From the IMG/VR virus record IMGVR_UViG_3300045988_113168: a stretch of 64,000 bases of DNA; one strand, written 5' to 3'. Source of the stretch: a virus. Positions within the stretch are counted from its first letter, which is position 1; every line of letters begins with the position of its first letter. Positions 47,567 through 58,480 of the stretch are shown piece by piece. The position numbers and the translations under genes were made by a program. The notes under the pieces are model-generated. The model searched no databases, was not told the origin of the DNA, and saw only the letters and a list, made by a program, of their open reading frames with translations.

Positions 47567-48865
47567 TTAATCAGATGTTGTAACATAACAAAGCGCACCC
47601 TCAGAGTTTACTTTCAATCCAAGAGTGCTTAAAACGCTGTCAGCAGTGATTGCTTCGACTTTTTTGGTCAACTCATTATAGTGAGCTTTTTCTGTCCTAC
47701 TTAGACCGCCAAAATTGGCTGCCAAAGCGCTAATGTCATTTTTGTTTGTGGTGACCTGTGTTTTTGTTGTCGCATATTCATCGTTTTTGAATGTACTTAA
47801 ATCAGAAGAAACATCATCAATCCTTTTATTTAAAGAAGCATAATCGTCAGATTCTTTTGTTTGCAAATTATGTATGTCCGCCTCATTGGTAGACACACGG
47901 TCTTGCAATGCGACAAAATCGTTCTTTTTAAAATAGTCAAGATCTATATCTGTAGAACCAACTGATTTTTTTAATTCCGCATAATCTTCCGCTTCTTTTG
48001 TTTCAAGACTTGCCACACGGTCGTTTACGGTATTTGCAGTTGTATCGTCTGTGTATTTTGTGGCTTTCTTCCAATCACTATGAGAATAAGAGCCAGTCGC
48101 TCCCTGTGCAGAAGTACAGATATATAAATCGCCATTACTGCCCAAAAACCATAAGTCACCAACATTATATGGAGGAGCAGGAACGGAACTGAAAACTTGA
48201 CACTTGCTGTCGGCAGTATTTTGTGCAAGAGCGGCAGAAGCGAGCGCATTGATAATACTTGCGTCAATTATCTCATACCACATATATTCTCTTTTTGACT
48301 CAGTACTATTGGCCGCTTCTATCCACCGATAGCATTTTCCAGTATCAATATCATAATAAATCTCGTTTACATGATGCCCTTCCGTATGTCGTTTTACCCA
48401 TTCTACAGCAGGCGCATTCTCTTTCGTCGGGACCCCATGTCCGTAGTTTGTCTTAATGGTGCCGCTGATTTGAGCTTGAGTGTTTTTGTTAGTCGATTCT
48501 GTCTGATTGATTAAATTGGAGAGATTTGTATCAATTTTATCGACGTTATTTGATAAATCACTCAAGTCCGAAGAAATCGTTCGCACCTTGGCAGCTTCCA
48601 GACTTTGATTTCCTTCAGTCAAAATAATATTTCGAAAATTCTTTTGCATTGCGGTGACAACGAGTTTTTGGCCGACTTCATAATCACGATTTGTAATCAC
48701 GACATATTCGCCACCAAATGCGGCAATTTTATAGGTGTATCCATTTTTAGATGTAATAACACCGTAAGAAGAAACATCAAATTGCGCGTTCGCCACTGCA
48801 CTCTTAGCGGCAGAAGAAATGGCCTCAACTAATACATCTGTTGCACTTTTACTTGTGTTTGACAC
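47567..48865 (-). CDS. Tail/fibre-like structural protein with coiled coil
   Basis: GTG after GGAGGTGA. 432 aa. Confidence 0.6.
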   Translation of the reverse strand: MSNTSKSATDVLVEAISSAAKSAVANAQFDVSSYGVITSKNGYTYKIAAFGGEYVVITNRDYEVGQKLVVTAMQKNFRNIILTEGNQSLEAAKVRTISSDLSDLSNNVDKIDTNLSNLINQTESTNKNTQAQISGTIKTNYGHGVPTKENAPAVEWVKRHTEGHHVNEIYYDIDTGKCYRWIEAANSTESKREYMWYEIIDASIINALASAALAQNTADSKCQVFSSVPAPPYNVGDLWFLGSNGDLYICTSAQGATGSYSHSDWKKATKYTDDTTANTVNDRVASLETKEAEDYAELKKSVGSTDIDLDYFKKNDFVALQDRVSTNEADIHNLQTKESDDYASLNKRIDDVSSDLSTFKNDEYATTKTQVTTNKNDISALAANFGGLSRTEKAHYNELTKKVEAITADSVLSTLGLKVNSEGALCYVTTSD

Positions 48866-48949
48866 TTTCTTTCACCTCCAAGAAAAATATAAAAGCCGAC
48901 CCGCTGGGGAAACTCAGTGGTATCGGCATTGTGTTTTTATATCCTCTAT

Positions 48950-51900
48950 TTAATTTCGCTTACTCATTTTTTGAGAAAGTTTGTTGGGAAGATTGCGGAC
49001 AATTTCGTTTGCCAAATCTTCTGCTCCACCAACAGGGTTCTGAATAACAATATCTCCAATGGAAATATCAATATTAGAACCGCCGTTAGAAGATAGTGAA
49101 GCCGTTCCGTACTTAGACATCTGATCCTGGAACCAAGCATCTGGATTGCCACCCATCTCGAAGAGACGAGAAGTAATATCTGCAGGAACGACTCCATCGC
49201 CGGTTTCAAGATAAGTATAACGTCCAGCTTGCGGTTGACGAACCAGAAGCTCAGAACCTTGCTCGTCAACATTATACTTGCCGGATTTTTGAATGCTTCG
49301 AGAACCAGAAGCTTTTTTACCAGTGATTTTTTCTTTAATTTTGTCAACAAAACTCTTTTTCTCAGAAGAACTACTGGAACTATTAGAAGATTTGCTAGAC
49401 GAAGTAGAAGAACTCTTGTCTTTATCCCGAGAACTACTAGAAGAACTACTCTTACCCGTAACTGCATTATAAGCACTCTGAACGCCGTTCTTAATACTAC
49501 TAACAATATTAGAACCAGTCTTCCATGCAGAAGAATTAGTGATTTTATCTTTGGTGGAACTTATAGCATTGTTTACCTTACTTCCTACCGTAGAGTTGTC
49601 CCATTTCTCTTTGACATTAGAAGCAATTTCTTTAGTCGTAGTTACTAATCCACTGACAGCGTTGTTTACTTTGCCGCCGAGCCAAGAATTGTTCCATGCG
49701 TTTTTTGCACTACTAACTGCGTTGCTTCCAACTTCATAGATGTCTTTACCAAGCTCTAACAAGCTCTTACCGCCAGAAACAGTCGTGGGAGTACCACTGC
49801 CGCCACCAGAAGACAAACTACTCGAAGATGTGGAACTATTGCTGGTAGTATTTTTGGTAGTAGGAGTTGTCTGACCTTTATCGTACAGATCGTTTCCAAT
49901 CGTACCAAAACTATCACGAATAGAAGAAATAGTGTTATCGCAACTCTTAGTGATGCTATCATAAGCTTTCCCCATGACCCACGTAATATTTTCACTAAGA
50001 TCGATAGCACCGGGCTCAACATTCTTCCAGGCATTTGCCATTTGGTCAGGGAGAACTTTATTCAAAGTCTCTTCACTCTTGGATTCGATTGTACTATATG
50101 CGCCATTGATTGTGCTTTGAGTATTATCGGCCAAGTCACGGACACCGCTTTCGGCCATGCCCCAGCTGCTATCGAAACAAGCTCGCATATCATAGAGCAT
50201 CTTTTCGGTATCACCGGTGGTATCAGCCCAAGCTTTAGAAATAGTAGACTCCGTTTTAGCACTCAGGTTGCGGATACCACCACCACACTGATTCCAACTA
50301 TTCTTCATCTTACTAGAGATGGAATCCATTGCATTAGAACAGCTATCTTTCATAGAATTGAAAGAGTTCGCCATTTTATTAGCGTTAGACTCACTCATCT
50401 CGTCAGTCATAGATGCCATTTTGTTAAAACCAGCAGTATATGTGTTTTGCATTGACTGGAACAGTTTTTTCGTGATACCCTCGACCTGTTCTGCGTTCAG
50501 TGCGGTATTGTCTCCGATAGCGGCATAGGTATCTTTAACCAGCTTCTGCATATTGCTATACATTTCTTTACTGGTTGCATCAATCTGATCGTCGCTCAAA
50601 CCAACCTCTTTTGCCATATCCTTCCATGTCTTCTCAAACTGAGATTTCATAGAATCAAGCTGGGCAAGTGTGTTGGATTTGGAAGAAGAAATGAGATTGT
50701 CAAGAGGATTACCTGTACTACTATTACCAAAGCCAAAGAATTTACTAATTGAATCCTTTATTAAGCTTCCGCTATTTATTAAGCCTCCGCCGTTTATTAC
50801 GCTTCCGATATTCTTTATCTTATCAAACCATTTCGAAATCGAAGAGTTTTGACCAGAAGAGTTTATAGTGGACTTGGTTTTATCTGCGAATGTAGTAAAC
50901 TTTAAATTCAACCCGCCTAGAGTCTTAACGCTCTTTGAAAGCAGCGTAGGAATAAGGCCGGTCTTATTATCATCACGAATATCGTCAACGGCCTCAACTA
51001 CTTCATCAACTTTAGAGTCAATGGCAGTGTTTTTGCGAGCTTGAGGCGCAGAAGTAATAGTCGTATATCCGCTGGAAGCAGCAGAGTTGCGAGAGCTAGG
51101 TATTTTAGAGGCTACGTTCTTGACCCAGCCGATAGGATTCTTGGCGATTCCCATTAAAGTCGCGGTTTGTTTTGCGGGGATAACTCCGTCACCTTTTTCG
51201 AGTTGAGTCAGGCGTCCCTTCTCGGGGGAGCGAACGATTATCTCTTCGCCTTCCTCATCGACATTATAAGTACCAGCCTTTTCGACTTTCTTAGTACCTT
51301 TAGCAAATCCAAACAGTTTACCAACCCAGCGAATTGGAGCAGTCACAATGTGTCCGATTGTACCAAGTAAGCCGCGTTTCTTTGTACCATCGCTAGATGT
51401 GCCACCAAACAAGAATTTTCCAATGCCACTAACGGCTTTAGTGATCGTTTTGCCAATACTCTTAACTATTTTACCAAGAGTTTTGCCAATACCAGTTACA
51501 GCTTTCCCGATAGTGGAACCGATTTTTGCGAGACCGTTTGTAAATGAGCCGCCACCGATTGCACTGACAGCAAGCGTGCCGCCAAGGAGAATCGTACCGA
51601 TGACAGGAATATGACTGACTGCAGCCGCAATAGTTCCAGCGACACCAGTACCACCTGCAGTACCTACAGCGGCAGTTACCGTTCGACCAATTCCTTTGAA
51701 AATACCAGCAATACCAGAAAACAGCTTGGTTCCACCCAATGTAGTACCGATGCCACCGAAAATTGAGCCAAGCCCACCAACCGCTTTTTGGGCAATAGAT
51801 GCGACTCCACTGAATCCCTTCTGGAAGATTGACATTAGACCGCCACTGCCAGAGAAAATTCCCTGTGCTGCAGAGACTACAGTCGTTTTTACATTGCCAA

Positions 51901-54900
51901 GAGATTTTACAATAGCCTGTCCTAGTTTAGAAATCTAACTAGTGCTCTCTCCAAGGAACCCTTTTGCTGCAGCGTACTTATTAGAGCCTCCAACGCCAAG
52001 GAAGCTCTTTCCTGCGTCCAAGAGGCGTCCCCAGAATCCTTTACCAGAACTCTTATCAGAGAACGTACCAACCGCACGCTGCAGACGATTCTACAGACCC
52101 GTAATTCCACCGTTCTGAGTAGAACCATTCAGATTGCCAAGCACGTCTCCGAGCTTAGTCAGTGTATCAATCAGTGTCTCAAGCTTGGTGATAACATTAG
52201 AAACATTAGTTGCTCGCTGGACCGCCTTCATATTGGAGACAACAGAGGCCATAAATCCATCGTAGTGACCTTCCATCTCTGCAAAAGTCATAGCCTCGAA
52301 CTGAGACGTATATTTCAGTTTCTTCTGATAGTCGTCCCAGCTTGTGCCAATAAGGTTAGTGGCTTCCTGAACCTTATCTTTGAGCTTGTTCAGCCGGTCG
52401 ATTTCTTCCTGTTTCTTATACTCACGGCGTTTGCTGTTGAGGTCACTCTGAGCGTCACGAACTGTACTTGCATCAGCCTCCCACTCGTAACCATTCTCGC
52501 CATAGACGCGAGTGGTCTTATTGGCCTGTGCTTTCGCGAGAGCATCCTCGGCTTTTTGCAGTTCAATCGCACGCTCTTGAGCATCATTCTGCTCATTCAG
52601 CGCGTCGATACGTTTGTCGATAACATCAATCCATGCATCACCCTGAATCTTCAGGTCGTTGGACTTTTTATCATTGAGCTTATTGAAAATATCAAGCAGT
52701 GAAGAGAAAAGGTCTTTAAGGTTAGAGATGACAGACTGTAACTTTTGAGCCTCAGTACCCATCCCCTTCATATGGTCGGTAACATCCCAAGTACCATTTG
52801 CTACCTTTTCAAGAATTTCGGCGTAACGATCTCCGAGGTCAGTACCCTTATATGTTTCTGCAAGGACTTTTAGCTGCTCAATGTAAAGGTCTCTAAAGGC
52901 TTCCTTGTTAAAGACGAGTTTCCCGCCTTCTTCTTTAAGGCAAGCCGCATACTTTGGATTAAGAGACATATACTTCTGGATGGTATCTTGACTTAATTCT
53001 CCATAAGCGTTATACTCATCTACAATATCAAACAAATCGTTGAATGCACTCTGGTAGTCATCCATTGAATTATTGATTTTGCTAAGAGTACTTCCGATTC
53101 CGTTAATATAATCCTCAATGCTGAGTGCATTGCTTGCAATCTTATTCTTTGCATCTTCAAAGCCCTTGGCAAGATATGTTCCAGCGGCTCCGCCAGTCTC
53201 CTTACAAGCTGCAATCATCTTGTCGAGACTATCAAGGAACATATCCTTAAAAGCGTCGCTGTTGTAATCAATATCTCCAGTCTCGGGATTCAATGCCCCA
53301 GCGTACTTGTCATTCGTAAACAAGTCTGTGTTATCATATAGGTCACGAATTGCCTGATACTTTTTCTCAACATCGTCAGAATCTAGCAGTCCAAACGGAT
53401 TGTCAATCTTGTTTTTGCTAACATCGGACAGCCCAGAGAATGCGGATTTTATAGCGTCTGTCTTTTCTTTGGCATCTGCCATCGCGGTGCCGTAGCCCTT
53501 GATGGCATCAGTTAACTGCTCAAAAGAAATGGTTTCGGAATCGACACTAGAGTTCAACCAGTCAAGAATCTTCTTCATCTCGCCAGCAGACTTGCCACCA
53601 TCATTAGCTGCATTCGCTTCCTCAAGCTGCGCTCTGACAAAAGTGCGGAATTTTGCGGTATTAAGTTCAAGTTTTCCATTTTGCTCAGTTAAGCAAGCAG
53701 TAAACTTATCATCAACACCGATTAACGACTTCATGGTGTCTGCACTAATATAGCCATATTGGTTATATTCTTTCATCGCTTTTGTTAAGGTATCAAATGC
53801 GGATGCAATATCAGATACAGACTTCGCGGTAGATTTATTGTTCTTGTTGGTCTTATTTGTCGGGAACCCATTAAGCTGATTTGTTAGTTTTTGTCCACCC
53901 CTTAGAGCAGCGTTCATATTGGTGTACAACAGAGAAAGCTGAGTATTTGTGCGATTCGTGATTTCCTCTAGCTTTGCAGGATCTACACCGCGTTCACCTG
54001 CTTTTTCGACTTCGTTCGCAAACTCTTGAGCCGCGCTATATGTAGCGGTTGCCGCAGTAGCATTTTTCAAAGCGGGGAGAAGATTCTCAAGAGCAGTCTT
54101 TTCGGCCTTGGTTTTCTCTTTTAGGTTATCAGTGCTTTCAGCTGTGTCATCGGCAGTAAGGTTTGCAACCTCATGTTGTGCATTAGAAAGAATTGTGGCG
54201 GCAGCTTCTGCATATTCAGCGGCAAGTAATTCGGCATAGCTCTGTTTATTTATCTGGAGCTTACCATTAACAAGCTCAAGGCAATTCAAATACTCGGTGT
54301 TCATCGACAGTAAAGACTGAAGAGAATCGAGACTCATGTAGCCATACTGATTGTACTCTTCCATTGCACTGGTAGAAGCTTTATACGCAGACTGGATTTC
54401 ATCCATTTTGGAAGAAATATCTTCCATCTTCTGTGCGCCAGCAGCCAATGCGTCAACACCATTTGCAGAAGACTGAGCTACAATACCAACTTGAACAAGT
54501 GCTTGGATAAACGCATTTACACCGTTTGTGTCAGCAGAGAAGTCCATGTCGGCCAAAGCTTTACGAAGATTTGCGAGAGCTTGCGCTTGATCATCGGACA
54601 ATCCTTCGTTTGTACCCCACAAGAGTTCATTCAGCTTACTTGCATCAAATCCATCAATCGTATCTTTCAGAGTTTGAACAGCAGAATTTACCTTATCGAA
54701 AGTAAAACTGACATCCATACTGTTATTATTGTCATTCTGCCAAAAATCAACTGCTTGAAGTTTTCTACGAGCATTCGTGTTATTGTTGATGGCATCCGTT
54801 GAGTCATTGTAAGAATTTACATCATTACGGAGAGCAGATTGTTCATCAAGCAAGAACTGATACAGACTATGATACGTTCCACCGGCAGCTCGCTCGGCTT

Positions 54901-55789
54901 CGGTAGTATTATCAATAACATACTTTAAGGCTTTGCCAACTTCGTTGTAATAGTCAACAATAGAATCCGCATCATTTAACTTGTCAGGTCCGTAACCACC
55001 AAACTTATTAAAGACATCAATACCAGCATTTTTAATCTGGTCACCCATATCCATTTCAGGAGCCGACCAAACAGTAAGATAATGCGTCCGATTATTCTTC
55101 TTGGCTGTATCAACAAGCTTGTCGCTTTGAGCATCTTTGTTTTGTGTCAACTCATAACGAGATGCCTCCAACTGCTCCGCTGTAATATCCTGAAGTAAAC
55201 CAAGCTGCTCTTCATATTTACCATTTTGCAGGTCAATCTTACCAAGTTTGTTTTCATCAAGCGTTCCTTGTTCTTTCGCAAGATCAAGAATCTCTGTCTG
55301 AATATCTTTTGCTTGGTCAAAGTCCTCAGTATCCCAACCAGACTTGTCGCCAAGTTCTTCATACGCACTGACTAAGTCCTTTAAGGAGAAAGTTGTATCC
55401 TGTGCTGCGTCCGCCGCTTCCTTAGACTTCGTTGCGACATTTTGCACTCGTTGTGCCGCTTCCGTAATCTTCTTAGTGCCCCAAGAGATGAGCAGGCCAA
55501 TTCCAACACCCAACGCGGCATTGAGCAATAAAGCTCTTGCGCGAAGGGCAAGTAGTTTAAGGGAAAAACCTTCAGTTGCGTCGCCTGCGGCCTCTGTGTT
55601 AGCTTTACTTTGCTTCAACGATGTGATAAAATCAGAAATAGAAGGCTTAGTTCCATCAAGAGAACGCTGATAGGAGAGAATTGCATTTCTGAGTTGAAGA
55701 ATTTTCGCTTTTACGTCGTTCCAAAACTCATTTTTTACACCATCTTCGTCAGCAGTAAACAAGAAAGATAATATCGAAATTTTAATCAT
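48950..55789 (-). CDS. Tape-measure-like protein, C-terminal portion; 2279 codons including two in-frame TAGs (52091-52093, 51935-51937)
   Basis: Track ORFs 52091-55789 and 48950-51835 share one frame (3954 nt apart). The 85 bridging codons have no TAA/TGA and are Gly-rich like the flanks. Long coiled coils, Gly-zipper hydrophobic blocks, and two G.YNVDE.G.E..V motifs. No SD before ATG 55789. Confidence 0.7.
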
Positions 55790-55802
55790 TGAGGAGAGAA
55801 GA

Positions 55803-56210
55803 ATGAATAAAATTCTATACTGCCCGTGGTGTGAAAAATATGTTAAGGGTGTTTGGTATTCATGCCCATTTTGTAGCGCACAAACTATCTATATAAAAGC
55901 ATGGGATAAAAAATCTGACGAAGAAAAGAAAGAATGGTTAAAGAAATTTCCAAAAGTTGACCCACCAAGACCAATCAAAGACAAATCACTACTTCGTGAG
56001 GCGGAAAAATTCGACAAACAAGCTCGTGCTGAACTTGCTCAAGAGGAAGCTCGCCTTGCTCAATACAAACCAACTTGCCCAGTATGCCATTGTCCTGATT
56101 TGGAGAAAATCTCCGGCTTTGACAAGACTGTGGATATAGCGGTCTGGGGCGTATGGTCGAGAAAGGCGCATAAGCAGTTTAAGTGCAAAGCGTGCGGATA
56201 TGAATTTTAA
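55803..56210 (+). CDS. Double zinc-ribbon protein, copy A
   Basis: RBS GAGGAG. CPWC...CPFC and CPVCHCPDLEKIS...CKACGYEF. Confidence 0.65.
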   Translation: MNKILYCPWCEKYVKGVWYSCPFCSAQTIYIKAWDKKSDEEKKEWLKKFPKVDPPRPIKDKSLLREAEKFDKQARAELAQEEARLAQYKPTCPVCHCPDLEKISGFDKTVDIAVWGVWSRKAHKQFKCKACGYEF

Positions 56211-56222
56211 AGGAGAATAAAA

Positions 56223-56663
56223 ATGCTTCAAAGAACAACAAACGGTGTTCCTCAAAAAGATTTTTGTCTTCATTCTCCTGCAAGTGTAGAATTCAACGGA
56301 AAGGAAGTTCGTGGACTTACAGCTTATTGGGATACTGGAAGCTCCGTATGCTGCATTGCAAGAGAAATTGCCAACAAACTTGGCTTACCCATCATGCCAA
56401 CCCAACAAGAAGTTAAGTCAATCACAAACTCTAAAATGGCTGACATTACTGTCTGCACATTAAAAATTGGATATGGCGATGACATAATCCTTCCTGATAC
56501 ATTGTTTTGCGTTATGGACCCGGAAGATTTTGAATATGAACTTCTTATCGGACAAGATATTATAGGATATGGAGAACTACATACCAAATACAATCCAGCA
56601 ATGGAACGGATTAGACTTGAGTTTGAGATTGACCCTTCTGTAATTCCAGACCCTGAGATTTAA
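56223..56663 (+). CDS. Retropepsin-like (clan AA) aspartic protease, copy A
   Basis: RBS AAAGGAG. Active-site WDTGSS and LLIGQDII motifs. Confidence 0.65.
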   Translation: MLQRTTNGVPQKDFCLHSPASVEFNGKEVRGLTAYWDTGSSVCCIAREIANKLGLPIMPTQQEVKSITNSKMADITVCTLKIGYGDDIILPDTLFCVMDPEDFEYELLIGQDIIGYGELHTKYNPAMERIRLEFEIDPSVIPDPEI

Positions 56664-56760
56664 GTATAGCCTTCCATTGTGAAAAAATTCGTTTCCGTTC
56701 TTCCTGAGTAAACGGAGGCATCTTCCGTACTCTTACGGAAACAATGTTAAAATCGTTCAT
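56611..56760 (-). CDS. Possible small ORF (49 aa)
   Basis: GGAGGT 6 nt before the ATG. Overlaps the 3' end of protease A by 53 nt. May be spurious. Confidence 0.25.
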   Translation of the reverse strand: MNDFNIVSVRVRKMPPFTQEERKRIFSQWKAILKSQGLELQKGQSQTQV

Positions 56761-56786
56761 TCAAATACCTCCGATACAAAAGAGAG

Positions 56787-57209
56787 ATGAAATCTATGGA
56801 AAAATATGTACGGTATTGCCCATTTTGCGACAAATATTACCATAAAAGAGATTTGTTGTGCGCGTTTTGTTTGAGAGATACTATTCTATTGCCTCAATGG
56901 AACGGAATGAGCGAGCAGAAAAAAATCAATTGGAGGTTTACAAACAGACCCAAAAGAGATATTTCAGAATTAGACCCGAATTTTGTTAAAGAGATGCAAG
57001 ATAAAGCCAATGCCTTTGACGCTCAATATAGAGCCGATTTAGAGGAAAAGGAACATCCGAAGTATGTGCCCGCCTGCCCTGTGTGTGGATCGCCAGACTT
57101 ACGCAAGATCAGTACAACCTCAAAGGTTTTGGATGTTGCTTTCTGGGGATTTGCCGCTGGCAAGCCAAAGAAAACATATCATTGCAACAATTGTGACTAT
57201 GAATTTTGA
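56787..57209 (+). CDS. Double zinc-ribbon protein, copy B
   Basis: CPFC...CAFC and CPVCGSPDLRKIS...CNNCDYEF. Paralogue of 55803-56210. Confidence 0.65.
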   Translation: MKSMEKYVRYCPFCDKYYHKRDLLCAFCLRDTILLPQWNGMSEQKKINWRFTNRPKRDISELDPNFVKEMQDKANAFDAQYRADLEEKEHPKYVPACPVCGSPDLRKISTTSKVLDVAFWGFAAGKPKKTYHCNNCDYEF

Positions 57210-57221
57210 ACATAAATAAAG

Positions 57222-57250
57222 CCCCTATCTGGCACATCACCAGATAGGGG
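57222..57250. terminator. Bidirectional terminator
   Basis: CCCCTATCTGG / CCAGATAGGGG 11-bp stem between convergent genes. Confidence 0.65.
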
Positions 57251-57264
57251 ATAATGTGAGCTAT

Positions 57265-57759
57265 TTAGTTTTCGTTCATCTCTTTTGCAACGGCCACAGC
57301 ATCTTGGAATGTATACTCATGAGCAGTAAACTTCGTTTCGCTTAGAGAAGGAAGTCTGTATGTAAATGTGGTCTTGCCATCAAAGTTGCTAACAGCGAAA
57401 TCGCCAGCGGAGATGATGTCCATACCAATCAACAGACCAATCTTTTGATACTGGATCGCCATCTCACAGACGGTGACATTGCTGAGACGGATACCATCAC
57501 AAATAATAATATCCATATTGTAAATATTCGCTCCTTCAACTTCGTTTGAAGCCGAAATAACATTAGTAGTGCCGATAGGTTGGAGTTTTAATTCTTTCGC
57601 AAGGGTAGGAGAGATACAAGTGCATGTTGCACCAGTATCCCAAACAGCCTTCGCTATAGTCATATTCTTGCCGTTCTTTACGACTACTGGCGAGATTAGC
57701 TTACGCTCGATTTCAGCTGATGTAACTACGATTGCGGAAAGATTCTCCATTTTAATCAC
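57265..57759 (-). CDS. Retropepsin-like (clan AA) aspartic protease, copy B
   Basis: WDTGAT and LLIGMDII motifs. ATGA overlap with the upstream gene. Confidence 0.65.
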   Translation of the reverse strand: MIKMENLSAIVVTSAEIERKLISPVVVKNGKNMTIAKAVWDTGATCTCISPTLAKELKLQPIGTTNVISASNEVEGANIYNMDIIICDGIRLSNVTVCEMAIQYQKIGLLIGMDIISAGDFAVSNFDGKTTFTYRLPSLSETKFTAHEYTFQDAVAVAKEMNEN

Positions 57760-57959
57760 CCTACAATTTTCTTGTCTTTATTTTCAGAGAACCACTTGGC
57801 TTCTCTGGCGGCATAATAGGAATTAAGAAATTTTAAATGCTTTTTTGATACAGACAGAAGTGACCTCATGGTGTCTACAGTAATATAACCATGTGCAAAA
57901 AATTCATCAACGGCATTTCTACCAACCTGACGGTCTTTTCTTCTTTTGGAAACGTACAT
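57756..57959 (-). CDS. Hypothetical basic protein (67 aa)
   Basis: ATG 57959 after GAGGTG. Confidence 0.5.
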   Translation of the reverse strand: MYVSKRRKDRQVGRNAVDEFFAHGYITVDTMRSLLSVSKKHLKFLNSYYAAREAKWFSENKDKKIVG

Positions 57960-58014
57960 ATATTTCACCTCGAATGTTATCATGAATTGTATGAGTTGTC
58001 AAGCCGAAAAACCG

Positions 58015-58287
58015 TTACGCTTTCCAGTTTGCATTTTCAACGCACGGCTGAATGTTCACAGAACATCCGTGTTCATCGCAGGTTGTCATAATTTGATTTA
58101 CAATGACATCATCAGACTGCTTAGAGTGATAAGGCTTTTGATACCGAACAAATACTTCATCCATTTTATTTTGAAGATTTTCCATAACGGACTTTGCTAG
58201 GTCATCGGAATTACCAATGGGTTTTCGCTGCTCTCTAATCACATTGATGAGGGTGGCGAGTTCTTTTACGTCAATTTCAATTTTCAA
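58015..58287 (-). CDS. Hypothetical protein (90 aa)
   Basis: TTG 58287 lies 6 nt after GAGGTG. The track ORF extends to TTG 58314. Confidence 0.45.
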   Translation of the reverse strand: MKIEIDVKELATLINVIREQRKPIGNSDDLAKSVMENLQNKMDEVFVRYQKPYHSKQSDDVIVNQIMTTCDEHGCSVNIQPCVENANWKA

Positions 58288-58307
58288 TTTAATCACCTCG
58301 ATTATAA

Positions 58308-58400
58308 AATACAAAGCTTATCGATGTAGCTATTTGGGGCCGGGCAAGCAGAAAGCCCGGCAAACAGTTCAAGTGCAAGAACTGTGGGTACGAATGGTAA
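58308..58400 (+). pseudogene. Truncated third copy of the zinc-ribbon gene (C-terminal 30 codons only)
   Basis: NTKLIDVAIWGRASRKPGKQFKCKNCGYEW* aligns with ...VDIAVWGVWSRKAHKQFKCKACGYEF* of copy A. The downstream CATAAATAAA-CCCCT hairpin is also shared with copy B. Confidence 0.65.
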
Positions 58401-58431
58401 GCTATAACTAACTCAACAGGCATAAATAAAA

Positions 58432-58462
58432 CCCCTGTCGGATGGCATCCGTCCAACAGGGG
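58432..58462. terminator. Bidirectional terminator
   Basis: CCCCTGT / ACAGGGG stem. Confidence 0.55.
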
Positions 58463-58480
58463 AGTTGTATGTTATTTAAC

